Shown here: in pieces, positions 10,057 through 22,600 of the stretch
How positions within the stretch are numbered: position 1 is the first letter of the stretch
Layout of the letters: every line of letters begins with the position of its first letter
Source of the DNA: Candidatus Poribacteria bacterium
GTDB lineage: Bacteria; Poribacteria; WGA-4E; WGA-3G
Direction of reading: 5' to 3'
Assembly: GCA_965197475.1 (NCBI GenBank)
Contig: CBDANF010000003.1
Location: 3,264,001-3,328,000 of the forward strand
Length of the DNA: 64,000 bases
Notes under the pieces: generated by a model
What the model was told of the DNA's origin: nothing
Databases searched by the model: none
Seen by the model: only the letters and a program-made list of their open reading frames with translations
Made by a program: the position numbers and the translations under genes

Positions 10057-12232
10057 TTAGTCTTGTCCTTTCAAATTAGCCCAACTTGTAGTAAACTTAC
10101 CACTTGCGGACACTAATCCTCGCAACCGAACGGTTGCTAACTGCTTCCGAACACCTGCATGTGACACATCCTCTATTTGATAAAAATACACAGTATTCGA
10201 TTTGGCAGTGGTATCAGTCCATGTATACGCATTGCGTTCACCTGTAGTGCCAGCACCTTGTATCATTTGAGGGTTGACAACCTTGAACTCACCATCTTTT
10301 GTACGACTGCGATAGATGTAGAAGCCTGCATTGTCAATTTCCGATTCGGTTGTCCATTTCAGCACAACGCCTGCTTCGGTGTGTTGTGCGCGGAAATGGG
10401 ATAAGGTGACAGGCAGCGGATCTTCACCGCGCTTGAGATATATCTTGACATCTGGGTTCTTTCGCAAGAGTGCGAGGAGCGGTTCTCTATCCTTAATTGG
10501 ATTTCCTTGAAGGTATAATGCTTCAAGGTTAATTAGCTCTGTGAGTGGACTTACATCACTGATTTGATTGTTTTCAAGACGTAATCTCCACTTCAATTCT
10601 GTCAATCCTGCAAGCGGATTAATATCGCTAATTTGATTACCCTGGAGATCTAAAGATCGCAATTTTGTCAATCCTGCAAGCGGACTAATATCGCTAATTT
10701 GATTGCCACCGAGTTGTAAGTACCACAATTCTGTCAATCATGCAAGTGGACTGACATCATTAATTTGGTTATTATAAAGTCGTAAGTTTATCAAATTGGT
10801 TAGTCCAGAAAATGGCTTCAAATCCTGGATCGGTGTTTGAAGGGAACCCAGGAATACATCTGTCAACTGCGTAAATTCTGCGATGGAACTTATATCATCA
10901 ATAGGATTGTCTGATAGCTTTATACGGAGTAAATTGGGTAGATCTTTGAGAGCACTGAAATCGCTAATCTGATTACCTAATAGGTCCACATATACTAAAT
11001 TCGGTAACTGTGCCAAGATAGCAATATCACTAATCTGATTGTAATAAAGATCCAAGTACTTTAGATTTCGCGCATGTTCGAGCCCCGTAAGATTCGTAAT
11101 TTGTCGACTCCTAAAACTAGTAAGTTGTGTTAACCCAAGCATATCCAATTGTGTGATGGTGCTGTTAGGTGCTAATCCCAACGCTTCCCGCACCACGGTT
11201 GCTAAATTCACATCTGGTATTGTGACAATCTCGTCAGAAAACGTGTCGGTAACATTGATTGGAAATCCATATATTGTGAAATTTCCAACACCATCAATAA
11301 CGTGAAGACTTACAGATTCAGATTGCGTTGATAACTCAGTCGTCACAAACTCGACGGTCTGATTTTCACCTGTTAAATTTTTGCAGCCCAGCAATTTAAC
11401 ATCACCTGCTCCTTCATCTCCAGAAGTCGCTACTGTTAACAAGTGTGCAATCTGGAGTCCATCAGGATCACTTACGGTGAATTGGAGGCGAATACCATAG
11501 GGTGGAGAGGCAGTTGGTTGAAGCATCTGGATCGTCGTTTCACCACGGTCGGGTGGAGTTTGGCGAGTATTGAAATAGCGATGGGCATCCAACCATTCAG
11601 CACTACACAATGACAATTCGGTTTTGGATCCGTAAGACATGAGATAGACATTATTTCTGAAATCGTGCCTTAAGCCAAAGCAATGCCCAAGTTCATGATG
11701 AGGAACCATACCTTCAAAATCTGGACCTGAACAAACTCCATCTGCGGGTATGAGAGCGATTCCTCCCCAATCTCCTGTCACATTTGTCTTGACGCTTGCT
11801 GTCCCACAGTTGGCACCTATCTGTCTAGTGCTAACATCCACAACAATGAAGTAGATATTTTTAGTCAAGTCAAATTGTTGAGAAACTTCCTTATCAACCT
11901 TAGCCGTAGTGTCATCACTGTGGTAATACGCATCATCAAAGTCTCCATTTACGCGATGTACGACAGTGTTGCCGTCACTATCCGCTTCAAACACGAAAGT
12001 TTTTCTGCCGAATCCGTGGGCGTTCCATCTCATTGGCGAAAAACGTCTGCATGTTTTTTATCAACTTATCGAACTTTGCGTTTATATCTGGATCAGGTGT
12101 GCGATCGCGGGGAACAAAATAGATAAGTCGGACGATATTGTGAGGTTCATTCGCTTGTGCAAAACTGTTCGGTACAAAGGCAAGCATTACAAATGTTAGT
12201 AGTGTAAGTGTAAAACATAACATCGTTTTCAT
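10057..12232 (-). pseudogene. Disrupted secreted metzincin-LRR protein
   Basis: Three ORF pieces join into one gene: signal peptide (12232), +1 frameshift at GGG 12018-12020 (EMER/HGFGRKTF), HELGHCFGLRH zinc motif with LMSY Met-turn, internalin-like LRRs, in-frame TGA at 10738-10740 where sister repeats have GGA, C-terminal GKFTTSWANLK tail. Confidence 0.85.
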
Positions 12233-12261
12233 GAGTTGGTTCTCCTTTTTATTGATATTGG

Positions 12262-12314
12262 ATGGAAGATTGGAAAAATAGAAGCGTTTATCTCCGATTT
12301 TTCCAATCTTCCAT
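12262..12314. terminator. 16-bp inverted repeat downstream of the 12326 gene (terminator or REP-like hairpin)
   Basis: ATGGAAGATTGGAAAA ... TTTTCCAATCTTCCAT. Confidence 0.6.
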
Positions 12315-12325
12315 ATTTTTCAAAT

Positions 12326-15300
12326 TTACTTTCGTATCAACATCTTGCGCGTAGCAGAAAAATCACCTGCAGTGAGTGTATAAAAATAGATACCACTTGC
12401 AACAGATTCACCGAACTCATTTTTACCATCCCAATACGCTGCACGACTGCGACTTTGATAGGTGCCAGCGGGCAGGTGTCCTAACGCTAGCGTTCGAACT
12501 ATCTTACCATCTGCAGAATAGATAGAGATGCTAACATCGGCAGGTGCTGCCAACTGATACGGTATCCACGTCTCAGGATTGAACGGGTTGGGGAAGTTGG
12601 GAAGGAGTTCAGTTTGTATAGGCGTTGTTTGTGCTGACGGCGCACGGTTGTCAGCTTCTTCAGGAATTGTTATATCAAGGTCTAAACCTGGATGATCCGG
12701 AAGTGCCTCAATTGCTGCGACGAGTGTGCGGAGCGGTCCATAATCTGAAATAGAATTTCCAGCGAGCTTGAGCCTTCCCAGATTTGTCAAGTCTTCAAGT
12801 GGAGATATGTCGCTGATGCTGTTAGAGTGCAGATAGAGCGTTGTCAGTGAAGTCAACTCTTCAAGCGTTGATATATCGCTGATGCTGTTACCGCCCAGAT
12901 AGAGCGTTGTCAGTGAAGTTGACTCTTCAAGCGTTGATATATCGATGATGCTGTTACTGGTCAGACCGAGCGTTGTCAGTGAAGTCAAGTCTTCAAGTGC
13001 CGATATATTGCTGATACTGTTACCGGACAGATTGAGGTATGTGAGATTTGTCAAGTTTTCAAGCGTTGATATATCGCTGATGCCGTTATCCCGCAGATTG
13101 AGCCTTGTCAGATTTGTCAAGTTTTGAAGCGTTGATATATCGCTGAGGCCATTATCCCGCAGATTGAGCGATGTCAGTGAAATCAATCCATCAAAATCAC
13201 CTAATTGCAGTGTTGTGATCCCTTTATTGTCAAGACGAAGTGAAGTAATAGCTGCGAGGTGTGCCGCAGTCACATCATCTGCTGAATTCACACCTGCTGC
13301 TCGGACAATAGCATCACGCACCTGTTGTGTGCGTTCACTGAGCGGCAGAGGTGGAATTGTAATATCAAGCCATAAACTTCCATCAGCTGCCTTGATTACT
13401 GCAATGAGTCTACGGAGCGGTCCGTAATCTGATATCGTATTTCTACTGAGATCGAGCGTTGTCAGATTTGTCAAGTTTTGAAGCGTTGATATATCGCTGA
13501 TGCTGTTATGGCGCAGATCGAGGTATGTCAGATTTGTCAAATCTTCAAGGGCAGATATATCGCTGATGCTGTTATCGTCCAGATAGAGGTGTGTCAGATT
13601 TGTCAAGTTTTGAAGCGTTGATATATCGCTGATGCTGTTATCGTCCAGAGAGAGCCCTATCAGATTTGTCAAGTTTTGAAGCGTTGATATATCGCTGATG
13701 CTGTTATCGTCCAGACAGAGCCCTGTCAGATTTGTCAAGTTTTGAAGCGTTGATATATCGCTGATGCTGTTACCGTACAGATTGAGCGATGTCAGATTTG
13801 TCAAGTTTTGAAGCGTTGATATATCGCTGATGCTGTTATGGCGCAGACCGAGCCCTGTCAGATTTGTCAAATCTTCAAGGGCAGATATATCGCTGATGCT
13901 GTTATTCCACAGATAGAGGTATGTGAGATTTGTCAAGTTTTGAAGCGTTGATATATCGCTGATGCTGTTATGGCACAGATTGAGGTATGTCAGATTTGTC
14001 AAATCTTCAAGGGCAGATATATCGCTGATGCTGTTACCGTACAGAGAGAGCCCTGTCAGTGAAGTCAATCCATCAAAATCACCGGTTTGCAGTGTTGTGA
14101 TCCCTTTATTTATAAGATAAAGCGAAGTAATAGCTGCGAGGTGCGTTGCAGTCACATCATCTGCAGAACTAACCCCCGGCACTGCGGCAACAATAGCATC
14201 CTGCACCTGCCGTGTGCGTTCACTGATTGGTGTTGGAATTGTAATATCAAGGTATAAACGTCCACCAGCTTCCTTGATTACTGCAATGAGTCTGCGGAGC
14301 GGTCCGTAATCTGATATCGGATTTCCAGAGAGATTGAGCCATGTCAGATTTGTCAAGTTTTGAAGCGTTGATATATCGCTGATGCTGTTATCGTACAGAT
14401 AGAGGTATGTGAGATTTGTCAAGTTTTGAAGCGTTGATATATCGCTGAGGCTGTTAGCACCCAGATAGAGCGTTGTGAGATTTGTCAAGTTTTGAAGCGT
14501 TGATATATCGCTGAGGCTGTTAGCACCCAGATAGAGCGTTGTGAGATTTGTCAAGTCTTCAAGTGGTGATATATCGCTGAGGCTGTTACGGGACAGAGTG
14601 AGGTATGTGAGATTTGTCAAGTTTTGAAGCGTTGATATATCGCTGAGGCTGTTACGGGACAGAGTGAGGTATGTGAGATTTGTCAAGTTTTGAAGCGTTG
14701 ATATATCGCTGATGCTGTTACGGGACAGATTGAGCGTTGTCAGTGAAGTCAATCCATCAAAATCACCGGTTTGCAGTGTTGTGATCCCTTTATTGTCAAG
14801 ACGAAGCGAAGTAATAGCTGCGAGGTGTGTTGCTGTCACATCATCTGCAGAACTAACCCCTGGCACAGCTAGGACAATAGCATCACGCACCTGTTGTGTG
14901 CGGATTGGTGTTGGAATTGGAATATCAAGCCATAAACTTCCATTAGCTGCCACAATTGCTTCGATGAGTGTGCGGAGCGGTCCATAATCTGAAATAGAAT
15001 TTCCAGCGAGCTTGAGCGTTGTCAGATTTGTCAAGTCTTCAAGTGGAGATATATCGCTGATGCTGTTAGAGTGCAGATAGAGCTTTGTCAGATTTGTCAA
15101 CTCTTCAAGCGTTGATATATCGCTGATGCTGTTACCGCCCAGATAGAGCGTTGTCAGTGAAGTCAACTCTTCAAGCGTTGATATATCGATGATGCTGTTA
15201 CTGGTCAGACCGAGCGTTGTCAGATTTGTCAACTCTTCAAGCGCAGATATATTGCTGATGCTGTTACCGGACAGATTGAGGTATGTCAGATTTGTCAAGT

Positions 15301-16378
15301 TTTGAAGCGTTGATATATCGCTGATGCTGTTATCCCGCAGATTGAGGTATGTCAGATTTGTCAAGTTTTGAAGCGTTGATATATCGCTGATGCTGTTATC
15401 CCGCAGATTGAGGTATGTCAGATTTGTCAAGTTTTGAAGCGTTAATATATCGCTGAGGCTGTTATCCCGCAGATAGAGCGTTGTCAGTGAAGTCAATCCA
15501 TCAAAATCACCGGTTTGCAGTGTTGTGATCCCTTTATTGTCAAGACTAAGTGAAGTAATCGCTGCGAGGTGTGTTGCTGTCACATCATCTGCTGAATTCA
15601 CACCTGCTGCAGCAACAATAGCATCCTGCACCTGTTGTGTGCGTTCACTGAGCGGCAGAGATGGAATTGTAATATCAGGCCGTAAACTTCTACTAGCTGC
15701 CTCTATTGCTGCGATGAGTCTGCGGAGCGGTCCGTAATCTGATATCCCATTTCCAGCGAGCTTGAGCGTTGTCAGATTTGTCAAGTCTTCAAGTGGAGAT
15801 ATATCGCTGATGCTGTTACCGCCCAGATAGAGCTTTGTCAGTGAAGTCAAGTCTTCAAGCGGAGATATATCGCTGATGCTGTTACTGGTCAGACCGAGCG
15901 TTGTCAGTGAAGTCAACTCTTCAAGGGCAGATATATCGCTGATGCTGTTACTGGACAGAGTGAGGTATGTCAGATTTGTCAAGTTTTGAAGCGTTGATAT
16001 ATCGCTGATGCTGTTAGCGTTCAGAGTGAGGTATGTCAGATTTGTCAAGTTTTGAAGCGTTGATATATCGCTGAGGCCGTTAGAGGACAGACCGAGCGTT
16101 GTCAGTGAAGTCAATCCATCAAAATCACCTTCTTGCAGTGTTGTGATCCCTTTATTTCCAAGACGAAGCAAAGTAATCGCTGCGAGGTGTGTTTCGGTTA
16201 CATCGCTGGCAGTATTTATGCCCGGCACAGCAGCTACGATTTCATCGCGCACTTGTGGTGTGCGATCGGTAACAGGCGTGACAGCCGCATAACTCGTGCC
16301 ATATGTGCCGAGAATAATTAAAAGAGATACTAAAATAGATAAGACATACTTTTGATTTAGAAATTGTGTTTTCAACAT
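12326..16378 (-). CDS. Secreted LRR protein with five capped 22-aa LRR cassettes and FlgD-Ig/T9SS-like C-terminal domain
   Basis: Signal peptide; five RTxQVxDxIV N-caps each closed by ISDYGPLR...LDIxIP C-caps; tail PNPFNPETWIPYQL...RKMLIRK. Confidence 0.9.
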   Translation of the reverse strand: MLKTQFLNQKYVLSILVSLLIILGTYGTSYAAVTPVTDRTPQVRDEIVAAVPGINTASDVTETHLAAITLLRLGNKGITTLQEGDFDGLTSLTTLGLSSNGLSDISTLQNLTNLTYLTLNANSISDISTLQNLTNLTYLTLSSNSISDISALEELTSLTTLGLTSNSISDISPLEDLTSLTKLYLGGNSISDISPLEDLTNLTTLKLAGNGISDYGPLRRLIAAIEAASRSLRPDITIPSLPLSERTQQVQDAIVAAAGVNSADDVTATHLAAITSLSLDNKGITTLQTGDFDGLTSLTTLYLRDNSLSDILTLQNLTNLTYLNLRDNSISDISTLQNLTNLTYLNLRDNSISDISTLQNLTNLTYLNLSGNSISNISALEELTNLTTLGLTSNSIIDISTLEELTSLTTLYLGGNSISDISTLEELTNLTKLYLHSNSISDISPLEDLTNLTTLKLAGNSISDYGPLRTLIEAIVAANGSLWLDIPIPTPIRTQQVRDAIVLAVPGVSSADDVTATHLAAITSLRLDNKGITTLQTGDFDGLTSLTTLNLSRNSISDISTLQNLTNLTYLTLSRNSLSDISTLQNLTNLTYLTLSRNSLSDISPLEDLTNLTTLYLGANSLSDISTLQNLTNLTTLYLGANSLSDISTLQNLTNLTYLYLYDNSISDISTLQNLTNLTWLNLSGNPISDYGPLRRLIAVIKEAGGRLYLDITIPTPISERTRQVQDAIVAAVPGVSSADDVTATHLAAITSLYLINKGITTLQTGDFDGLTSLTGLSLYGNSISDISALEDLTNLTYLNLCHNSISDISTLQNLTNLTYLYLWNNSISDISALEDLTNLTGLGLRHNSISDISTLQNLTNLTSLNLYGNSISDISTLQNLTNLTGLCLDDNSISDISTLQNLTNLIGLSLDDNSISDISTLQNLTNLTHLYLDDNSISDISALEDLTNLTYLDLRHNSISDISTLQNLTNLTTLDLSRNTISDYGPLRRLIAVIKAADGSLWLDITIPPLPLSERTQQVRDAIVRAAGVNSADDVTAAHLAAITSLRLDNKGITTLQLGDFDGLISLTSLNLRDNGLSDISTLQNLTNLTRLNLRDNGISDISTLENLTNLTYLNLSGNSISNISALEDLTSLTTLGLTSNSIIDISTLEESTSLTTLYLGGNSISDISTLEELTSLTTLYLHSNSISDISPLEDLTNLGRLKLAGNSISDYGPLRTLVAAIEALPDHPGLDLDITIPEEADNRAPSAQTTPIQTELLPNFPNPFNPETWIPYQLAAPADVSISIYSADGKIVRTLALGHLPAGTYQSRSRAAYWDGKNEFGESVASGIYFYTLTAGDFSATRKMLIRK

Positions 16379-16676
16379 AAACTCCTTTTTTGTTAGTTTC
16401 AGACGGTAGATGCGGTTTGCTAACCGAGATTCTGTCTGAACCAGGATTCACAGGATTATAGGATTTTCAGGATTACAGAAGATTACCCATCTAATGCTAA
16501 CCCTAATAAGAGACAACTTGCAATCAAAGAAACCCAATAATCCTGGAAATCTGGAAATCCTGAAAATCCTGGTTCAGACAAGGCATTACTTCAAAATAGC
16601 CATTTTGCGCAGGAAGGACACACTGTCCGCCTGCAGTTGATAGAAATAGACCCCTGCCGCAACCTTCTCACCGAAT
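16220..16676 (+). repeat. Long direct repeat, copy 1 (copy 2 at 39320-39776)
   Basis: Identical to the sequence 23100 bp downstream from 16220 to 16598, then near-identical to about 16676. Confidence 0.92.
16433..16580. mobile_element. MITE/REP-like palindromic element, family A (TGTCTGAACCAGGATT...AATCCTGGTTCAGACA)
   Basis: 16-bp perfect terminal inverted repeats, arms made of AGGATT sub-repeats; further copies at 39533-39680 and 43203-43380. Confidence 0.8.
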
Positions 16677-19600
16677 GTGTTTTTACCATCCCAATGGATA
16701 GCACGGCTACGACTCAGATAAACACCCGCAGGTTTCTGGCCTAACTTCAACTGCCGCACCACAACGCCCCGCATATCGTAGATTGTCAACGTGACCTCTG
16801 CTGGCTTGGACAGTTGATACGGTATCCACGTCTCAGGGTTGAACGGGTTGGGGAAGTTGGGAAGGAGTTCAGTTTGTATAGGCGTTGCTGGTGCTGACAG
16901 GGCACGGTTGTCAGCTTCTTCAGGAATTGTTATATCAAGGTATAAACTTCTACCAGCTGCCTCAATTACTGCGATGAGTCTGCGGAGCGGTCCGTAATCT
17001 GATATCGGATTTCCCCGGAGCCAGAGCCTTGTCAGATTTGTCAAGTTTTGAAGTGGAGATATATCGCTGAGGCTGTTATCGCCCAGATGGAGCCTTGTCA
17101 GTGAAGTCAATCCATCAAAATCACCGGTTTGCAGTGTTGTGATCCCTTTATTGTCAAGACTAAGCAAAGTAATAGCTGCGAGGTGTCTTGCTGTCACATC
17201 ATCTGCAGAACTAACCCCCGGCACTGCAGCAACAATAGCATCACGCACCTGCCGTGTGCGTTCACTGAGCGGCAGAAGTGGAATTGTAATATCAAGGTTT
17301 AAACGTCCACCAGCTGCCTCGATTGCTGCGATGAGTCTGCGGAGCGGTTCGTAATCTGATATCGGATTCCCCCAGAGCCAGAGCCTTGTCAGATTTGTCA
17401 AGTTTTGAAGCGGAGATATATCGCTGATGCTGTTATTGGTCAGATAGAGCCATGTCAGATTTGTCAAGTTTTGAAGCGTTGATATATCGCTGATGCGGTT
17501 AGAGCGCAGATCGAGCGTTGTCAGATTTGTCAGATTTGTCAAGTTTTGAAGCGTTGATATATCGCTGAGGCTGTTATCGCCCAGCTTGAGCCTTGTCAGT
17601 GAAGTCAATCCATCAAAATCACCGGTTTGCAGTGTTGTGATCCCTTTATCGTTAAGACTAAGTGAAGTAATAGCTGCGAGGTGTGTTCCTGTCACATCAT
17701 CTGCAGAACTAACCCCCGGCACTGCGGCAACAATAGCATCACGCACCTGTTGTGTGCGTTCACTGAGCGGCGGATCAATTGGTGTTGGAATTGTAATATC
17801 AAGTCTTAAACTTCCATCAGCTGCCTCGATTGCTGCGATGAGTCTGCGGAGCGGTCCGTAATCTGATATCGTATTTCCAGCGAGCCTGAGCGATGTCAGA
17901 TTTGTCAAATGTTCAAGCGCAGATATATCGCTGATGCTGTTAGAGCGCAGATAGAGGTATCTGAGATTTGTCAAATGTTCAAGCGCAGATATATCGCTGA
18001 TGCTGTTATTGTTTAGATAGAGGTATGTCAGTGAAGTCAATCCATCAAAATCACCGGTTTGCAGTGTTGTGATCCCTTTATTTATAAGATTAAGCAAAGT
18101 AATAGCAGCGAGATGTGTTGCTGTCACATCATCTGCTGAACTAACCCCCGGCACTGCAGCAACAATAGCATCACGCACCTGCCGTGTGCGTTCACTGAGC
18201 GGCGGATCAATTGGTGTTGGAATTGTAATATCAAGGTTTAAACGTCCACCAGCTGCCTCGATTGCTGCGATGAGTCTGCGGAGCGGTCCGTAATCTGATA
18301 TCGTATTTCCAGCGAGCGTGAGCCATCTCAGATTTGTCAAGTCTTCAAGTGGAGATATATCGCTGATGCTGGTACCGGACAGTTCGAGCGTTGTCAGATT
18401 TGTCAAATGTTGAAGCGTTGATATATCGCTGATGCTGGTATTGTACAGATAGAGCAATGTCAGATTTGTCAAATGTTCAAGCGCAGATATATCGCTGATG
18501 CTGGTATTATTGCCCAGATTGAGCGATGTGAGACTTGTCAAGTTTTCAAGCGCAGATATATCGCTGAGGCTGTTATCCCGCAGAGTGAGATATGTCAGAT
18601 TTGTCAAGTTTTCAAGCGCAGATATATCGATGAGGCTGTTATTCCGCAGATCGAGGTCTGTGAGTGCGGTGAGACCATTAAAATCACCTGCTTGCAGTGA
18701 TGAAATGCCCGATCCCCTTATGTCAAGTTCTGTAATAGCAGCGAGGTGTGCTGCAGTCACATCATCTGCAGAACTAACCCCCGGCACTGCAGCAACAATA
18801 GCATCACGCACCTGCTGTGTGCGTTCACTGAGCGGCGGATCTGGTGTATCGGGTACGTCGGTAACATTAATCGTGACAGTAATGCTATCTGTCCCCCCAT
18901 TCCCATCAGAAACAGAGACCGTGACCGAGTAAGATGTCTTTGTTTCATAATTGAGGGATGCTTTGGTTTGCAGCTGCCCGGAACTACTAACAATACCAAA
19001 AGATGCCGCATCCGTGCCACCGAGTGTATAGGTGAGCGTAGTACCACTATCCGGATCAGTCGCAGCAACCGCACTGCCGATGTTATTACCGGAGGCTGTA
19101 TTTTCTGCGATAGACCGTGATGTGCTGCTGCTATCACTGAACACGGGTGCCTCGTTGACATTCGTGACATTGATCGTGATAGTAATAGTATCCGTAAGGG
19201 TTCCATCTGATACCGTTATAACTACGGTATAGGATGTCTTTGTTTCATAGTCAAGTGCTGCCTTGGTTAGCAACCTTCTGGTCGTGCTATCAAAGGTAAA
19301 CGATGCTGCATCCGCGCCACCCAGACTATAGGTCAACGAGTCACCATCAGGCTCACTCACATCCAAAGCATTACCGATGCTTGTATTTGCAGCGGTATTC
19401 TCAGGAATGGAGCGCGTATCGCTGCTATGTTTAAACGCGGGTGCCTCGTTGACATTCGTGACATTGATTGTGACGCTAATGCTATCACTACCGCCGTTCC
19501 CATCAGAGACAGAGATTGTCACAGAATAGGAGGACCTGCTTTCATAATTGAGAGATGCGCTTGTGCGGAGCTGCCCGTTTGTGCTATTGATGCCAAACGA

Positions 19601-22600
19601 TGCCGCATCCGTGCCACCGAGCGTCCAAGTCAACGTATCGTCATCCGCATCTGTCGCAGCAACGGCAGTACCGATGTTATTACCGGCAGCGGTGTTCTCC
19701 GCAACGGAACGTGATGTGCTTGTGCCATCAGTGAGGGTCGGTGCATCGTTTGCGTCTGTAACGTTGATTGTAACGGTGATGCTATCACTCCCACCATTCC
19801 CATCGGAGACAGAGATTGTCACAGAATAGGAGGACCTGCTTTCATAATTGAGAGCTGCGCTTGTGCGCAACTGCCCGTTTGTGCTGTTAATGTCAAACGA
19901 GGACGCATCTGTGCCACCGAGACTATATTCTAAGGTGTCGTTATCTGGATCGGTTGCAGAGACGGCACTGCCGATGTTTATGCCGGCTGCCGTGTTTTCT
20001 GCGATGGAGCGCGTGGTGCTGATGCCGTCTGTGAAGGTCGGGGCGGTGTTACCACCCTCAGGTGGAATTGTAATATCAAGTCTTAAACTTCCACCAGCTA
20101 CCTCGATTGCTGCGATGAGTCTGCGGAGCGGTCCGTAATCTGAAATCGTATTTCCACGGAGATAGAGCCTTGTCAGATTTGTCAAATCTTCAAGCGCAGA
20201 TATATCGCTGATGCTGTTAGAGCGCAGATGGAGCCATGTCAGATTTGTCAAGTTTTGAAGCGGAGATATATCGCTGATGCTGGTATTGTTTAGATAGAGG
20301 TGTCTGAGATTTGTCAAATCTTCAAGCGGAGATATATCGCTAATGCGGTTATTGTTTAGATAGAGGTATGTCAGTGAAGTCAATCCATCAAAATCACCGG
20401 TTTGCAGTGTTGTGATCCCTTTATTTATAAGATTAAGCAAAGTAATAGCTGCGAGGTGTGTTCCTGTCACATCATCTGCAGAACTAACCCTCGGCACTGC
20501 AGCAACAATAGCATCACGCACCTGCCGTGTGCGTTCACTGAGCGGCGGATCAATTGGTATTGGAATTGTAATATCAAGGTTTAAACGTCCACCAGCTGCC
20601 TCGATTGCGGCGATGAGTCTGCGGAGCGGTCCGTAATCTGATATCGTATTTCCACTGAGATTGAGCCTTGTCAGATTTGTCAAGCTTTCAAGCGCAGATA
20701 TATTGCTGAGGCTGGTATCGGACAAAGAGAGGTATCTCAGATTTGTCAAGTTTTCAAGCACAGATATATCGCTGAGGCTGGTATTATTGCCCAGATTGAG
20801 TGCTCTCAGATTTGTCAAATGTTCAAGCACAGATATATCGCTGATGCTGGTATCGTCCAGATAGAGCGTTGTCAGATTTGTCAAGTTTTGAAGCGGAGAT
20901 ATATCGCTGATGCTGGTATCCTGCAGATAGAGCGATGTGAGATTTGTCAAGTTTTCAAGCGGAGATATATCGCTGAGGCTGGTATTATTGCCCAGATTGA
21001 GGTCTGTGAGACTTGTCAAGTTGTGAAGCGCAGATATATCGCTGAGGCTGTTATCCCGCAGAGTGAGATATGTCAGATTTGTCAAGTTTTGAAGCGCAGA
21101 TATATCGCTGAGGCTGTTATTCCGCAGATCGAGGTCTGTGAGTGCGGTGAGACCATTAAAATCACCTGCTTGCAGTGATGAAATGCCCGATTCCCTTATG
21201 TCAAGTTCTTTAATAGCAGCGAGGTGTGCTGCAGTCACATCATCTGCAGAACTAACCCCCGGCACTGCAGCAACAATAGCATCGCGCACCTGCCGTGTGC
21301 GTTCACTGAGCGGCGGATCAATTGGAATTGTAATATCAAGGTCTAAACTTCTATCAGCTGCCTCGATTGCTGCGATGAGTCTGAGGAGCGGTCCGTAATC
21401 TGAAATCGTATTTCCACGGAGATTGAGCCTTCCCAGATTTGTCAAGCTTTCAAGCGCAGATATATCGCTGATGCTGTTATCGGACAGATCGAGCGTTGTC
21501 AGATTTGTCAAGTTTTGAAGCGCAGATATATCGATGATGCTGTTATCGGGCAGATGGAGCAATGTCAGATTTGTCAAGTTTTGAAGCGGAGATATATCGA
21601 TGATGCTGTTATAGGACAGAAGGAGCCATGTGAGATTTGTCAAGTTTTGAAGCGGAGATATATCGATGATGCTGTTATCGATCAGATAGAGGTATCTGAG
21701 ATTTGTCAAGTTTTGAAGCGGAGATATATCGCTGAGGGGGTTATAGGACAGATAGAGCGTTGTGAGATTTGTCAAGTTTTGAAGCGGAGATATATCGCCG
21801 ATGCTGTTATCGGTCAGATCGAGCAATGTGAGATTTGTCAAGTTTTGAAGCGGAGATATATCGCTGAGGGGGTTATAGGACAGATCGAGCAATGTGAGAT
21901 TTGTCAAGTTTTGAAGCGTTGATATATCGCTGATGCTGTTATCGCCCAGAGAGAGCCTTGTCAGTGAAGTCAATCCATCAAAATCACCGGTTTGCAGTGT
22001 TGTGATCCCTTTATTGTCAAGACTAAGTGAAGTAATAGCTGCGAGGTGTGTTGCAGTCACATCATCTGCAGAACTAACCCCCGACACTGCGGCAACAATA
22101 GCATCGCGCACCTGCCGTGTGCGTTCACTGAGCGGCGGATCAATTGGTGGTGGAATTGTAATATCAAGGTGTAAACGTCCACCAGCTGCCTCGATTGCTG
22201 CGATGAGTCTACGGAGCGGTCCGTAATCTGATATCGAATTTTTAGCGAGCGTGAGGTATCTCAGATTTGTCAAGTTTTCAAGTGGAGATATATCGCTGAG
22301 GCTGTTATCGTCCAGACCGAGCGTTGTCAGATTTGTCAAGTTTTGAAGCGTTGATATATCGCTGATGCTGTTATCGGTCAGACCGAGCGTTGTCAGATTT
22401 GTCAAGTCTTCAAGGGCAGATATATCGCTGAGGTTGTTATCGGGCAGACTGAGCGTTGTCAGATTTGTCAAGTCTTCAAGGGCAGATATATCGCTGAGGC
22501 TGTTACCGGACAGATAGAGCGTTGTCAGATTTGTCAAGTCTTCAAGGGCAGATATATCGCTGAGGCTGTTATTGTACAGATCGAGCCTTGTCAGTGAAGT

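Noticed and set aside
10738-10740. Selenocysteine or TGA recoding
   Set aside because: The position is Gly (GGA) in sister repeats, TGA is used as a normal stop elsewhere in the window, and the gene has a second lesion.
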